DNA of 63,994 nucleotides, the filler included, from Reticulomyxa filosa (Eukaryota > Protista > Foraminifera), in NCBI GenBank assembly GCA_000512085.1. It is 16 parts of 16 records of this genome, joined end to end, with 100 filler letters (N's around TTAATTAATTAA, not from the genome) between each part and the next. Parts side by side here need not be neighbours in the genome. Positions count along the whole stretch, not along the records: positions 29,715 to 60,721 come from ASPP01023392.1; 15 more parts are not named here. One strand, 5' to 3'. The notes below the pieces were generated by a model. It saw only the letters and a list, made by a program, of their open reading frames with translations, was not told the origin of the DNA and searched no databases. Position 1 is the first letter of the stretch. Each line of letters starts with the position of its first letter. Positions 38,207 through 50,810 of this stretch are shown piece by piece. The position numbers and the translations under genes were made by a program.

Positions 38207-39089
38207 ATGAAAACAAGAACAGCAGTTGTAACAGGTGCTTCGACAGGCATTGGAGAAGAACTTTGTCGACGCTTGTTATCAGATGGTTGGCATGTGATTT
38301 TAGTCGCTCGTTCCAAAGAAAAAAATGGACGAAATTGTCAAGAATTTTCCGGAAAGCAAATCGTCCGTCGTGAGTGCAGATTTGACAGATGTGAACGAAT
38401 ATGAAAAGATCTGCTCCAAAATTTTGGACCGTGCAAATGGCAGTATCGATTTATTGGTGAACAACGCAGGTGGTACGAAATGGAACACAAAGACACAAAC
38501 TACAGGCGTTGCAGAATTCGAGTGGAATATCCGACTGAATCTGACCTCATGTTTTGCTTTGACTAAATTTTTGATGCCCGGTTTGGAACGAGCAAAGGGG
38601 TTTAGTACCAATATTTGTACATATTTCTTTGTATGCACGGACTTCAAGAATGACAACACAAATTTTTTTTTCTATTCTGATGGATGTGCAAGATCCGTCG
38701 TGAATATGGGCAGTTTTGGAGCAGTTGCAACAATACCAGTACTGACCCCATATTCAGTGGCGAAAGCAGGCGTGGCCCACTTGACAAGATTGCAAGCAAT
38801 TGAATTTGCACCCAAGACAGTGCGTATCAATTGTGTACAGCCAGCTACGGTGAAGACGCAGTTCCATCGTTCTGCAGGTCTTTCCGAAGAGGAGGCACGC
38901 AAATATTATGAAGTGTCGAACCAGATGCATCCAATTGGACGCGTCGGCACCTGCACTGACGTTGCTGAAGTGATACTGTTTTTGGCAGATCCCAACAAAA
39001 GTGGATGGATAACGGGTCAGTGTATCACTTTGGATGGTGGCAGATCTTTGCAGGCCGCTTTTACAAATTCGCAACAATCCAAAATGTAG
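38207..39089 (+). CDS. Classical short-chain dehydrogenase/reductase; one homopolymer frameshift near 38320 and one intron
   Basis: VVTGASTGIG, LVNNAGG, YSVAK (YxxxK), RINCVQP, HPIGRVG and WITGQCITLDGG. Confidence 0.92.
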
Positions 39090-40234
39090 AGTTTAATCAC
39101 TACAATTGAGAAGAGATAGCTTGGATGTGGAGAAAATAAACATTCAAACATTTGCTTCAAAAAATACAACTTAGCTTTTATTGTTGGATTTAAAAAATCT
39201 TTTCAGCTTGAGAGCCTATTGGCAATATCACTTTCGAAGGAGTTACTTTATATTAAAATCTGATATAATTTTTTGCAAAATCTTTTGTGAATAACCAATC
39301 CTTTTTAAATGTCGTCAAGTTTACTTATGTTCATCCGTAGGCAAAAGAGTATCCTATATCTTTGAATTAATATCTAAAAACTAGGAACAAATAAATATTT
39401 TTCTACTGATACTATAGTGAGACTACTTACGTCGCAATGGAGTCAGTATGACTCCAAATATACAAAGTTGTTTCTTTTTAATTTAGTTGAACACGACCGG
39501 TAAAGAAGAAAAATATGTTCGTATTTGATCATAAACTTTAAGACTATAGTACCAGAAAATAATAGACATCAAAGTATTGTCAAATCTGTTTTCACAATGG
39601 CTAATCTCATAAACAATTTTTGTGGTATTTTATTGTTTCAAATCCATTGTAAATCAAAACTGAAATTCTGTGATGTATTAATTTTGAAAGTTTCCAAAAT
39701 CCAAAAAGGTTAAAAAAAAGGCGTTATTAATTGTATTACCTCTTTATGTTTAGTAAACAGTAAGATAACATAAGTCTAATACGATTTGATACCGTTGTAA
39801 CGTATTGCTCTTCACAGTACAAATCTTGGGAGACACACGATCCCATATCTAAAAAAGTCTGGGTGATTGTTGATAATTTGAGAAACAATAAAGGCAGCAT
39901 GGCAGAGAATCATAGTTGACACTTTATTTTATTTTTTATTTTTTGTGGTCAGCACTTATTTACAAACAGTAAACGAAAGGTCGCGTGACGAGCAGTCTAG
40001 TATCTACAGTTTTCAATCTACAATCTACGATCAATACTCTCCATCTCACAGCGGACAACATTCACTCTACGAATCGAGTTTTTCCACGCCTCTAAGTATA
40101 ATATCAATAAATCACATAGATTTTCTTAATTCACATCATTCAGAAAACAGTACCCTTTTATTTATGTTTGTCTTAGTGTTATTGTGTAAACATGTGACGA
40201 CTGCGTATTAATAGAGCCAGTCCCTCGTGCAAAA

Positions 40235-40618
40235 GTGGAACAGCCCAAGCAACAAAGCACAGCAATGTTAATAATTGACAAAGCATTGCCATTTACATTT
40301 TATATGTTGCTGGCAATAGCGGCACTTTATATTGTTTATCAAATAATAATTGGCATAGTGTTATGGTGTGAAGATGCAATTATAATGGTAGCAGACATCA
40401 TCACCAATAAGCAACCGGTGAGACCGCTTTATCGGCTTAGCGATCCAATCGACACCAATTATAAGCGTCCGCCTCCAGGCGGAATTGCAGGAGAATACGA
40501 TGACGAAACTATTGATACAAATACATACGATTGGTATACACTTTTGACGTATGCCGAGTGGGTCGTGCTATTCACTGCTGGAATGTGTTTAGTAATCATT
40601 TGGAAAAGTATCAGATGA
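40235..40618 (+). CDS. Small two-TM hypothetical protein (possibly with an upstream exon)
   Basis: 127-aa ORF with two hydrophobic helices. Confidence 0.4.
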   Translation: MEQPKQQSTAMLIIDKALPFTFYMLLAIAALYIVYQIIIGIVLWCEDAIIMVADIITNKQPVRPLYRLSDPIDTNYKRPPPGGIAGEYDDETIDTNTYDWYTLLTYAEWVVLFTAGMCLVIIWKSIR

Positions 40619-40934
40619 CAAGTGCAATATAAGTTGTACTTGCAAACACGATAATGTAATTTCTATGTGGCTGCAATGACTTATTTCTTTTGTTTCGTTC
40701 AAATTCAAAAGGCTGTGTGCGAGTCTTAGCTTATTCATTTCTTTTACTTTTGTCTTTGTTGTTTTCATTTTTAAAAATAAAAAAGTGGCTTTTTTTTAGT
40801 AGCCCAAAAATTCATAACATAATCGCAATAAAAAAAGACGCGCAATTTAAAATCATTAAATTAACCATAATAAAAACTATTTTGCTGTGACCAGTTGGTT
40901 AACAGCCAAACACTGCAACGGTAATCAGTCTATT

Positions 40935-41080
40935 AAATTTCGAAGCACAATAGTACCGCATTGTTTTTGGTTGACCAAAATGACCTACAATCATTTCTAG
41001 TTCCTACTTATCGCGGCTTAGAACATGTCTTTTATTGATAAGTTTTTTTTGTGAACTGCACACGAATTTTAATACTTTTG
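40935..41080 (+). pseudogene. Orphan duplicate of the 3' end and UTR of the PLP-enzyme gene at about 57975-58130
   Basis: TTGTTTTTGGTTGACCAAAATGACCTACAATCATTTCTAGTTCCTACTTATCGCGGCTTAGAACATGTCTTTTATTGA aligns with TTGTTTTTGGTCGATCAAAATGACCTACAATCATTTCGAGTTCCCACCTATCGCGGTTTAGGACATGTCTTTTATTGA. Confidence 0.9.
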
Positions 41081-41834
41081 TTGTAAGTTTCAAAAAAAGT
41101 CAAAGAAATTGAAAATGTTAAAAATATTTCCATTTTGATTACCTTTTACGAAGATATTTATTATTAATGGATTTTCTGAGTATAGCAATGGTTAATATGA
41201 AATGTTGAAATCCCTTTATTCTACCGCAGCTCCAATTACGTATAAATTAAAACAAAAAATTTCTCACAATATCAAGGCAAATAAATTTAAATACAGACTA
41301 AAATAATAAATTGAAATTCAACATAATTAATTAATATAAAATATGTACGCACATATTTTTTGCGTTTTGGCCTACTCACGTTGTACATGCACACATGCCT
41401 TCTGCATTCCCGCGATTATTGTTTACTTGGCGTTACCTACTTTTTCAATTTGGTGTAAAATAACACATATATGTAGTATAATAATATGGCATATGAAATC
41501 AATTTGAGTTTGCAAGTTGATTGCTATCAGAGCATAGAATGAGATAACTTCGTGTTACGTTTTAATGATAAATACGTATTCGACAGTTGCCAATAACTTT
41601 ACCAAGTATTATCATGCAATAAGATCTAGATGATCAAAATTGTATGAATTACTTGTTTATTAAAATTTAAAAAAGAAATTCAATGACAGTTTGAAGGATT
41701 TTGTTATTTGCTCTTAAGGATGCATCTTAATTTACTTTCCAATAATATCAGTGCATAGTCTAGTTACAAAACCACGGGAATTAGTACGTGCAAAAAAAGA
41801 ACTCTTTTTTTTTTTTAACTCCTTTCATTAACAG

Positions 41835-43464
41835 ATGGCACAAAACGAGACCATGACGACAGAATTAGCTTCCACCTCAGAAGACATTGCGAAAGTTCCA
41901 GAAGAAGGACGTAATCGGAACCAAAGTGAGATGAGCCACGCGAAAACAGAAGGTGAGATGAGCAGAGATGAAAAATTCGGGACCTATTGTTGTCTGGGTC
42001 GATATTTACTCATCGGAGCGGTTGTGCTTATATTGTTTGGTATTAACCTGGCATTTTATTTGGACAAAGAGCGGAACAGTTTCACGCGACAACATTTGAA
42101 GAATTTGAATCTATCGACATGCCTTACTTTTTATTATTGTATTTTGAGGATCAGCTCAACTGCACCGTCCTTGGTATAATAATATAAAAAATATATATAT
42201 GTACATATATTGAAAAAAATGGACAACATTTCAATAAAATAAAAAAAAAGGTGTAACGTACGATGCAAATACAATAAAAGTAGAGTGGGTGGGCAAAAAG
42301 CTCAGCTTAGATGATAATCTCGTGTATAATGAATCAGTACAGGAATGGGTGCTATTAAGTGGTTATCGAACAGATGTGTTGAATTTAAGTTTGAGTGCGA
42401 TGCTGTTGTTGCCACCCTTTGGACGAGTTATCCCAAAGGAGTCCTATTTTGGAATCATAGCTTATTGTTCTGCCGTCAATGACAGTCACACGCCAAGACC
42501 GACCGAAAACAACTCTTCCTCGTGGACCACCAATACCTCCAATACTCGCTACCATTATTCCACGTGGCAAGAGTTGTCTCAACTCGATTTAGAACATTGG
42601 TATGTGCTTTGGTCTTCCATTGGGTCCGTTAAAGCGGTCGGGAGGACGTCGAAGGAAATAAAAAGTTTGTTTTTTTTTTTGTTTGTTTTATTTTTTAAAG
42701 AGGAATGCATAGTGGTCTATATGAACTCCCGTTTTTTTTTCCATAAAAAAAAAAAGGGTTAATTGACGATGACCATGCCTGGGACCTAGCTTCGCTGACG
42801 GAAATATCGGTATACACAATCGGTATCACTGACATTCGTGACTATGTCAATGACAAGTTTGCTACTTATTATGATACCACCACGGACGGCAGTCAAGCCA
42901 AAACCCAATTTGCTATTTATGATTTTGACTCGAAAACTTGGCATTTGCAAAGTATATTATGGTTCGTTCCAAATAGTGATTCCTTGAAACTTGTTCTAAC
43001 GTTTTGTTTTTCCAGCTTTTTTTGTGCAAAGACGTATACATATATTGCAAAAAAAAAACAAAAAACAAAATGGGCTTATATTCATTTTTGATTATTGTGC
43101 TCATTAAAAATATCCATTACACAGAACACGCCAATTGAAATCACTGTTTGATGTGTTTGCCAACATCGGTGGATTTATGTCTCCTTTACAAAATGCACTG
43201 GTTGTTTTGTCCACGCTCCTTTTGTCCGGAGTTGTTATCAAAGCAATTGGTTTTGGATGGTACGGATTGGCTCCAAAACAGCCGCTGAATGAAAAGCTGC
43301 AAAGACAGATTAATTTATTTTTGGAGTCCAAGAAAGTTGTCACCAAAGAAAAACTACATCGAGAACTTCTTCATAAAGATCAACAGCTGCAAGAGTTGAA
43401 AGAAATGTTGTCACAAGTAAAACAAGAATTAGATAACATTAACCAAGCTGCTTCACTTAAATAA
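41835..43464 (+). CDS. Two-TM membrane protein with large loop and C-terminal coiled coil (DEG/ENaC-like topology), multi-exon
   Basis: TM1 YLLIGAVVLILFGINLAFYL; SLFDVFANIGGFMS precedes TM2; coiled-coil tail. Confidence 0.55.
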
Positions 43465-44127
43465 GTTGCTCATTTTCTTTTTTTTTTGTAATGCAAATTG
43501 TACACATGCTAGAAGTTCAATGCTACTCTGCTGCTTCATTTTTTGACATACAAAAAATGTTATTGTCTGCATTACGATGTAAATGGTGATGTGTGTTGGA
43601 ATTTTATGCTTAAAAAAATGACCATGTAAAAAAAAATGGAAAATTATTACTACACTTACCAACTTTTCTAGTGTACTTTGTTGCTAATCTTCCATTGATG
43701 TGACAAAAGCATTAGAATAAATTGTACCAAAAAAACTATTACAAAGAAGTTGTATCTTTTTTTTTTATGTAATTTTTCATTCTTTGTGAAATAAACACTG
43801 AAAATATAACAAAAACTTATCTTTCTGTAAACTGTAGTCTTATTAAAATGTGGGTCAGTTTGTACGTCATTAGAAAGTTTTCAATCTAAAGTTGTTACGT
43901 ATCCGTCCATTAACATAATTCTGCATGCGAATAAGCAAAAGAAGTGAAAAAATTTTGAAAAATTCAAACGAGTTTGTAATAAAAGGAGCAAAAAAAAAAA
44001 GAAAAGAAAAAAAAAAGCAATAGTGACAATTGAACTCTAAATAAGTTCAGGTCCGGACACATTTGTATCGTTGCACAAATGCAATTTTTCCAATTATGTT
44101 TGTTGGTTATTTCAAAATTTGGGATTA

Positions 44128-44778
44128 TCATTTTTGTAAAGAAGAAGACCAATCTCTGTAGTGTTGAGAGAGTGAACTAGTCCATGTATTAAGTCTTTGC
44201 TCGAGCTCTTGTCTAAAATCTATTCGCTCTTTTACTGTTGGTTGCAACTCAATGCGCCATCGCATAAATTCAATGATATGATAAGAATAATAGTACCTTC
44301 CCCATAACCATAGCGGCCATGACACACTTAAAAATACGCCCCAATCTCCACAAGCTTCTTTCCATCGATCACTACTGAATGGAAAACGCATCCATCCTTG
44401 GACACTGCCTTATTTTTATTTGTTTAAAATGTTTTATTGTTTCTTTGCTGATTTACTCATGTTTGGTGATTTGGGGTTGGAAAAAGGAGAGAAAATTCTA
44501 CCTGATTTCCAGAACGAAGGAGCCATAATCTTGGGCAAGATAATTGGAAGTGACTGCAAAATGCGATTAAATCTTCGTCCTGGTTGAATATAATAGAAAC
44601 ACAAAATTCCTGGAAAATAAAAGACCGGCCTCAGGAAAAATCTTTGAATCAGGTACAACCCGACAAAATGTCGAAATCTCCAATTATGTAAAGGATATCG
44701 GGCTTCTTTTAACCGATATTTAATATCGTCCACTAATACTTCATGCCATTTCAGCTCACGATGGCAGCTATATTGCAT
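44128..44778 (-). CDS. Hypothetical aromatic-rich (membrane-associated?) protein, 2 exons
   Basis: ORFs of 114 and 87 aa separated by an AT-rich intron-like stretch; divergent from the next gene. Confidence 0.45.
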
Positions 44779-45033
44779 TTTTTTTATCTTCTCTTGATTT
44801 CGACTATATGCCCCTTTGAGAATATAAATTGTTGTGAAGAAAATTCAATTCCTTGTTGCTTTCTCGAAAAGTGTCAGTTGAGACAAATCAATGTAAATAG
44901 TAAGAACACATTTTTATTATAAAAAAACAACAGTATAATTGATTGTAAGGCTACGTTTGAAAACAGCTTATTGGGACATAGATTTTCAGAACGTCGAACT
45001 TCGAAAATTCCAATCGTTTGAGAAGCCTGAATA

Positions 45034-45864
45034 ATGGATACAAATACTGATTCATGTTGTGAAAGTAAAGATTTTGTAAAAGAAAACCAAGAAGAGTCAG
45101 TAGTACGTGGTTATGTGCCTTATCCATTGTTGAGTCCCAAGAACGTGAACGTTGTAAGAATACATGTGAAAAAATCGAAAGAAGTTGATATGGAGATCCA
45201 AGTGACAGAAATAAATAACATAAATAAAGATTGGTTTGGTTGCGGTTACATGTCGAACGATAATTCAACAGACGAAAAAGAAAAAAGTAAAGATGAAAAG
45301 CAAATGAAGCAATTATGTCTATATAAAGAAGAGCTGTTATACTTATTTGAATGTGGCAATGTGAAATGCATGACCGACAACCAAACGAATATTGGCTTAT
45401 GCAACTTGTATAACTTATTGCAATTGCATGATGCAAACTATCGCATTTATAAAATGCTTAAAAATAAAAAAACGTATTTTGTCAAACAAGTAGATTTTTT
45501 TCCACAATATCGCAAAGTTTGGGAAGCTACTGGCTCTGTTTTCCGTGGCCTTTTTTTTGTATGGAAGAAAGAAGCTAATGCTCAATGGAACTCATTACAA
45601 AATAGATACCTAAATAAAAGTGTAGTGTCTATTGAAAAATGCTTGGACATTTTGCAAGCAATGAACTTTTGTCAGCCTACTTTTCTCGTGGTTGAGCTTC
45701 AAGAGCAAACTGGAAATGCTCGTCTTTTGTTTTTGTTGCATCAAGCTTTTCAACAATTACAACTTTATTTCCCAAACACACAGGTTGTCGTTGCCAAAAG
45801 TAATTGTGGAAACTTGCAATTGACTCGTGTTAACTTGACAACTCTTTCCGTGGATAACCATTGA
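45034..45864 (+). CDS. tRNA-splicing endonuclease subunit-like protein (Sen54/Sen2 N-terminal domain)
   Basis: LCLYKEELLYLFECG followed by YRIYKMLKNKKTYFV matches the LxxEExxYL...YxxYxxLxxxGY pattern. Confidence 0.55.
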   Translation: MDTNTDSCCESKDFVKENQEESVVRGYVPYPLLSPKNVNVVRIHVKKSKEVDMEIQVTEINNINKDWFGCGYMSNDNSTDEKEKSKDEKQMKQLCLYKEELLYLFECGNVKCMTDNQTNIGLCNLYNLLQLHDANYRIYKMLKNKKTYFVKQVDFFPQYRKVWEATGSVFRGLFFVWKKEANAQWNSLQNRYLNKSVVSIEKCLDILQAMNFCQPTFLVVELQEQTGNARLLFLLHQAFQQLQLYFPNTQVVVAKSNCGNLQLTRVNLTTLSVDNH

Positions 45865-46097
45865 CAAATTTCTTTTTTTTTTGATTTAATATCGCACAGT
45901 CTTCTGTTAAATATCAACCATTTCTGGTCTATTTGTTGAGTTTATACTACCTGTTTATGACTTACAATTTTATTTTTTTTGAAAAGCAGAGGATGGATGC
46001 CACCAGCTGTGACGTGACAGCTACGTCACGGCTAAACCCTTTTTACGACTTTTTTTTATTGATCAGAGAAGGAAAAAAAACAGAATAAAAAAAAAAG

Positions 46098-47463
46098 ATG
46101 AACAGTATGAACTCTCCGCAGATCGTGGAACATGTAACATCGACACTAGATTTTACTCCTTTTAAATGCCTCTGGATCCCTCAGAGCCCAAGGCTGATTG
46201 TGCTGGGGGAAAATCCAAAGAGGACTGGGAGCATTGCAATCTACAAACTCAATATTTCATCACAAAAACAAGAATTAGAATTACAAATTAAAGTTATTTT
46301 CTATTTGAATGTAGATTTTAAAATACTCTCCCTTTTCCTTTTTTGTTCTCTTCCAAATCCACATGCCTCTAGATTTACATCTAAAGGTATTACATGTGTA
46401 ATGTACAAGGATAGTAATATTTTCCCTCCAAAAAAACATAAAATAAAACAAAGCACGCAACATCAATCGGGCAGAAATGTGGTACATTTGATGCGTCTCC
46501 AAAAGATCAAAGATTGTTAGCAGTTGGAGATTTTGAAGGATATCTAAAAATATGGGACTTAGAGAAAATGACGGAGCCAGTCTATTCTGTGAAAGCACAC
46601 GAAAATGTAGTCAATTATATTGCTGGATGTGGGAGTTTGACACAAAGTAATGAGAGCAGTGGTTGTGGTGCGTCAGAGTTGGTAACATGTTCGCGTGATG
46701 GAAGCGTGAAAGTTTGGGACCCTCGGACCTCCACATCCGTGTGCGAACTTGTTTGTGCCAAAAAAGCAAATGGTAATAGTGCTAACAAAAGAGACTGTTG
46801 GACCGTCGCTTTTGGAAATTCGTTTGACAATAGCAATCGAGTAGTCTGTGCGGGTTATGATAATGGGGATATTAAAATGTTGGATTTAAAAATGAATGCA
46901 ATGATTTACGAATACAACTTAAATAATGGAATTGTCGACATTGAATTTGACAGAACACACGTTCCTATGAATAAAATGGTGGTCACAACTTTGGAGTCCA
47001 AATTTTTCGTTTTTGATTTAAAAACAATGCACTCGGTCGACGGATTTGCTTATTCAACTCAACCAGTTTTGGCTTTTTCAATTTTACTTTGGCTCCAAAA
47101 AACATCCTTGCACAAAAAAAGTGTGTATACGTACGTAAATATATCATATAGGCTCACAAGGCTACAATTTGGCAAGCTAAGCATTTGCCACAGAATCGAG
47201 ATATTTGGTGCACAACTGGAGGGAATGGAACAGTTCAATTGTGGAAGTACTCGTATCCATCTCAACGGAGTATTATTGACAAGGAAACCAACACAAAAAA
47301 AGGAGTGATGGGTGAAATTGTGCCGTTGACAGATGCACACAAATGCAGCGATCAACCCTTGATTTCCTGGCATTGGAATAAAGATAAAATTGGTTTGGCT
47401 TGTGCCACTTCACTGGACCAAAAAGTTAGAGTGTTTTTTGTTACAAAACTGCACAAAATATAA
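46098..47463 (+). CDS. WDR92: WD repeat protein 92 / dynein axonemal assembly factor 10, 3 exons
   Basis: PQIVEH...DFTPFKCLWIPQSPRLIVLG, KCGTFDAS, LAVGDFEG, ELVTCSRDGSVKVWDPR, RDCWTVAFGNS, CAGYDNGDIK, MNKMVVTTLES, LPQNRDIW and SLDQKVRV. Confidence 0.93.
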
Positions 47464-49738
47464 ATAATAGTTAGCATATTTAAAACTCAAAATATTTTGC
47501 CTTTTCAAAGTTGCTTTTTTATAATTATTAAAATGGCCCTATTTAAAATTATTTTTTAAGAAAGGGGGACAAATACTTATTCATTTTGAAAATTTTATAA
47601 ATTTGATTATTTTTTTAAAAAAGAAACGGTAAAACAACATAAGTGCTAAATGAGCGGTTGGAACATGAGTTGTTCTCACTATGTTCGATTTGAGATCACA
47701 ACTGCAGCAACTCAAAACGATTTCGATAAAACTGCACAAACGCACTTCAAAAAATATTAAAGTATGCCGAATATAATTTTTTCTTTTTTTTAAAGTCAGT
47801 CGAATTTGTAATGAATGTTGTTAAATAAATAAATCAATAATATTGAAATAACAAACAAAAAATGAATACAAACAGGAACCAGAAACCATAATATCAAATG
47901 CAGTAATACCACAATAAACAGGCTAATACCATAACTATTGCAAATTACAAGTCAAACAAAGTCTACAAATGTGATTGTATAATCGAGAAATTATTGTGAA
48001 TACTAAACTTGAGAAAAATGATTATGTCATATATTGACGGCCGTTGTTTCCGAATCAAAAGTCGACTACATTGTAAGGATTGCAAATCAACCATAGTCAA
48101 ATAAGTGCTTGCACATCCTGATCTAATATTGCTTGCACAAAATAAAAAAATATCGAAGAAGCTTTACGTCAGTATATATCAGGACAAAGATAACACCGTA
48201 ATATTCCATATAATAAACATAACGTTTAAAGTTAAAAAAAGAATTACAAAAAGTTATCCAAAAAAAAAGCAATGAAAAAAACATGAAATAACAAAACAAA
48301 TGGAAAATGTTGTAAAAAATACAAAATAATCAAAAGATGTAAGAAGAACGCATCAACGAAATGAAATGTTCCACGATATATGAATAATAAATCAATCATG
48401 TCGACATTAATAATCACTTATAAATCTATTTACAAAAAAAAGCAAGTGATTTGCAATAGATTAAAAAAAAAGAATTATGCTTTAAATAAATAAAAAAAAT
48501 CCCTAGGCAATGTAAAATGTACAAATAATGGCCGTTGTCAGCCAAATGATAATGTATGCATTGCAAAGTGAAAGTTAATTCGTTATTTTTTAATATTAAA
48601 ATAATAAAATTCACAATAAATTAAGTAAATGATAACATAACTGCTATGATAACAACGAAAAATGTTAATGACAAAAAAAAAATAAACAATAAATAGAAAA
48701 CATTGTATCGAAATATTATTATACACAAAAATATTAAAAAAAGCATATTATGATTGTCAATTTCAATATTAATTTGCTGACGATCAAAGAAGAAGAAAAT
48801 TTTTTAGATATGTTTTTAGAATACTTATATAAGTTTTTTTGAATCAGTTTAATTTTATGAAGTAAATGTAATTGAATATTGCAACAATTATAAAGATTAC
48901 AAAGACAAAGCAGAAGTTTAAGTATGTTGGACGTCTGATGATGATAAGAGATTGCACTAAATGTTGTACTAAATGTAATACTAAAAGGAATAAAAGATAA
49001 ACGACACAATAAAAGAAAGAAAGATTGAAGAAGTTTAACACAATGTGTGCTCATAAACTCTTTCAGATTTCAGCTATATATAGTATGTACTTGCAATATA
49101 AATAAGTGGCTATAATGAAAAAGAAAATTTAAAAAAATGAATTTGAATTGTTGAACAAACAGAAAATAAGTAAGTATGTCAGTTGGAGTTCTAATAATTA
49201 TTTATATCAAATAAGAAGACGTTCAACGTATTGTATTAAAATATTTATAAATATTTCTAGTTCATTAATGGTATTGTCAACATAATAGTTTTATCAAAGA
49301 ATGATATCAAAAGAACATAGTACAAAAATATTTGGAGAATAAAGTTTAAATTTATCATTAATTAAAAAAATTTAATTTTTTCATAGAAACAAATCGGAAA
49401 GAGATTTTATGCGATAATGTCGAAAAAGTAATTTTGAGCTATCAAATAGTTGACTTGATGTGCTAATTGGTTACATGAGAAAGAATACGATTGGTCGGAG
49501 AACATGAAAATAATTATGAAAGCACAATGGTATCAATTCGACAACAATAGCAATTCTTTATTCAAAATATTTCTTTTTTAAAATATTTTTAACAAGAAAT
49601 TTGCCATTAATTTTCGTAGCCCATAAAATTTTCAATGTAGTTTTTTTCCTCAAATATCTATGCTAAAGTAGAAAATATTTTGGTAGTAAATGAGCATTAC
49701 TTATTCCATAAATGCCACTTTAGAAAATGATAAAAAAA

Positions 49739-50810
49739 TTAAATGGGGAAAAATTGATATACTCCAGCAAACAAGATTAAGAACACCACAAACCAGCAAA
49801 AAAAGGTCCAATGAACAGATGGCATGTTGTTATTAGGTTTGAGGCCTTTCATTCGTAAGTGGACTACTTCATTGTTTTGGGTAACAAATTGAGTCAACGA
49901 AGTTTCATTGTGATTGTGTATTTGATTTTGGTTTGAAAAGATGGGTCTTCCAAGAGTATAATGGCAATCAACAATTCCACTCCAAATGGGCAAATCCAAG
50001 TCTCTTTTTCATCACCAACAGGACCGTTTCTGGACTGTGTCAAACATAGTTTCCATAAAAAAAGAAAATTGTTTTCATTTCTTTCCACCTCATTTAAACA
50101 AAACTTTTCCAGAAGCGTGTTGAAGTTTGACTTTGATAAGTTGGACATCACCGTCAATGTCCTCAATCACTGATGTTGACCCCGACAAAGGGAGTTGGTG
50201 ATCGTGGATGGCTTGCAGGGCCTTCAATCTCGAAGATGGATTCTTGTCGATCACTTCACCAATTCCAAACGCAACTACCGACTATCGACATCCCCCCCCC
50301 CCATATACACATATGCATATACTATTACTACATTGTATCCACATTTATACAAAAAAAAATTATGACCCACTTTGCGACGAATATGTTTTTCTACTTGTGT
50401 TGCTGTTTAGTGTATTAAACTCGATAATTCATGGAATGATGAAATGCAGACTTTGCTAAAACCAACCCGTCCAAAATGTCAAAGGTCATGCACAATGGAA
50501 TGCCGTACTGCAATCGCTGTTTGTCACATTTCAGATACAATACATCCTTCACACGTCCAAAGGTCAATGGCATTACATGTGGCTCGAATTCGTATTTCAT
50601 GTCCACAATTTTCTCTCTTCCTTCTCGCTCCTCGCGGAGAGTATCGTGCGGTGGTAACAAGTATCCAACGTGGCAGTATCGTGCTGCGTCTATTATCTCA
50701 TATACTTGCTTGCGCTCGAACAAGCCACGACTTGGTAATCGACGAAGCTTTGTTAATTCATTTTTTTCAAAAGATTCCTCTTCGGTCTTCTCGTTGATGT
50801 CTTCACTCAT
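49739..50810 (-). CDS. Pyridoxamine 5'-phosphate oxidase-like (split-barrel flavin-binding, Pyridox_ox_2/NimA type) protein with C-terminal TM, 3 exons
   Basis: LRRLPSRG, IIDAARYCHVGY, LDGLVLAKSAFHHSMNYR|SVVAFG, ASGK|SRNGPVGD and DLPIWSGIV; tail FFCWFVVFLILFAGVY. Confidence 0.85.

Noticed and set aside
38310-38330. Programmed frameshifting in the SDR, and likewise near 13517, 50000 and 57815
   Set aside because: Each shift lies in or beside an A or T run and is fixed by a single base, which is typical of homopolymer sequencing error.
39438-39456. Hairpin TGGAGTCA-GTA-TGACTCCA, and the near-palindrome at 35912-35931
   Set aside because: Short and isolated with no supporting context; compatible with chance in 64 kb.
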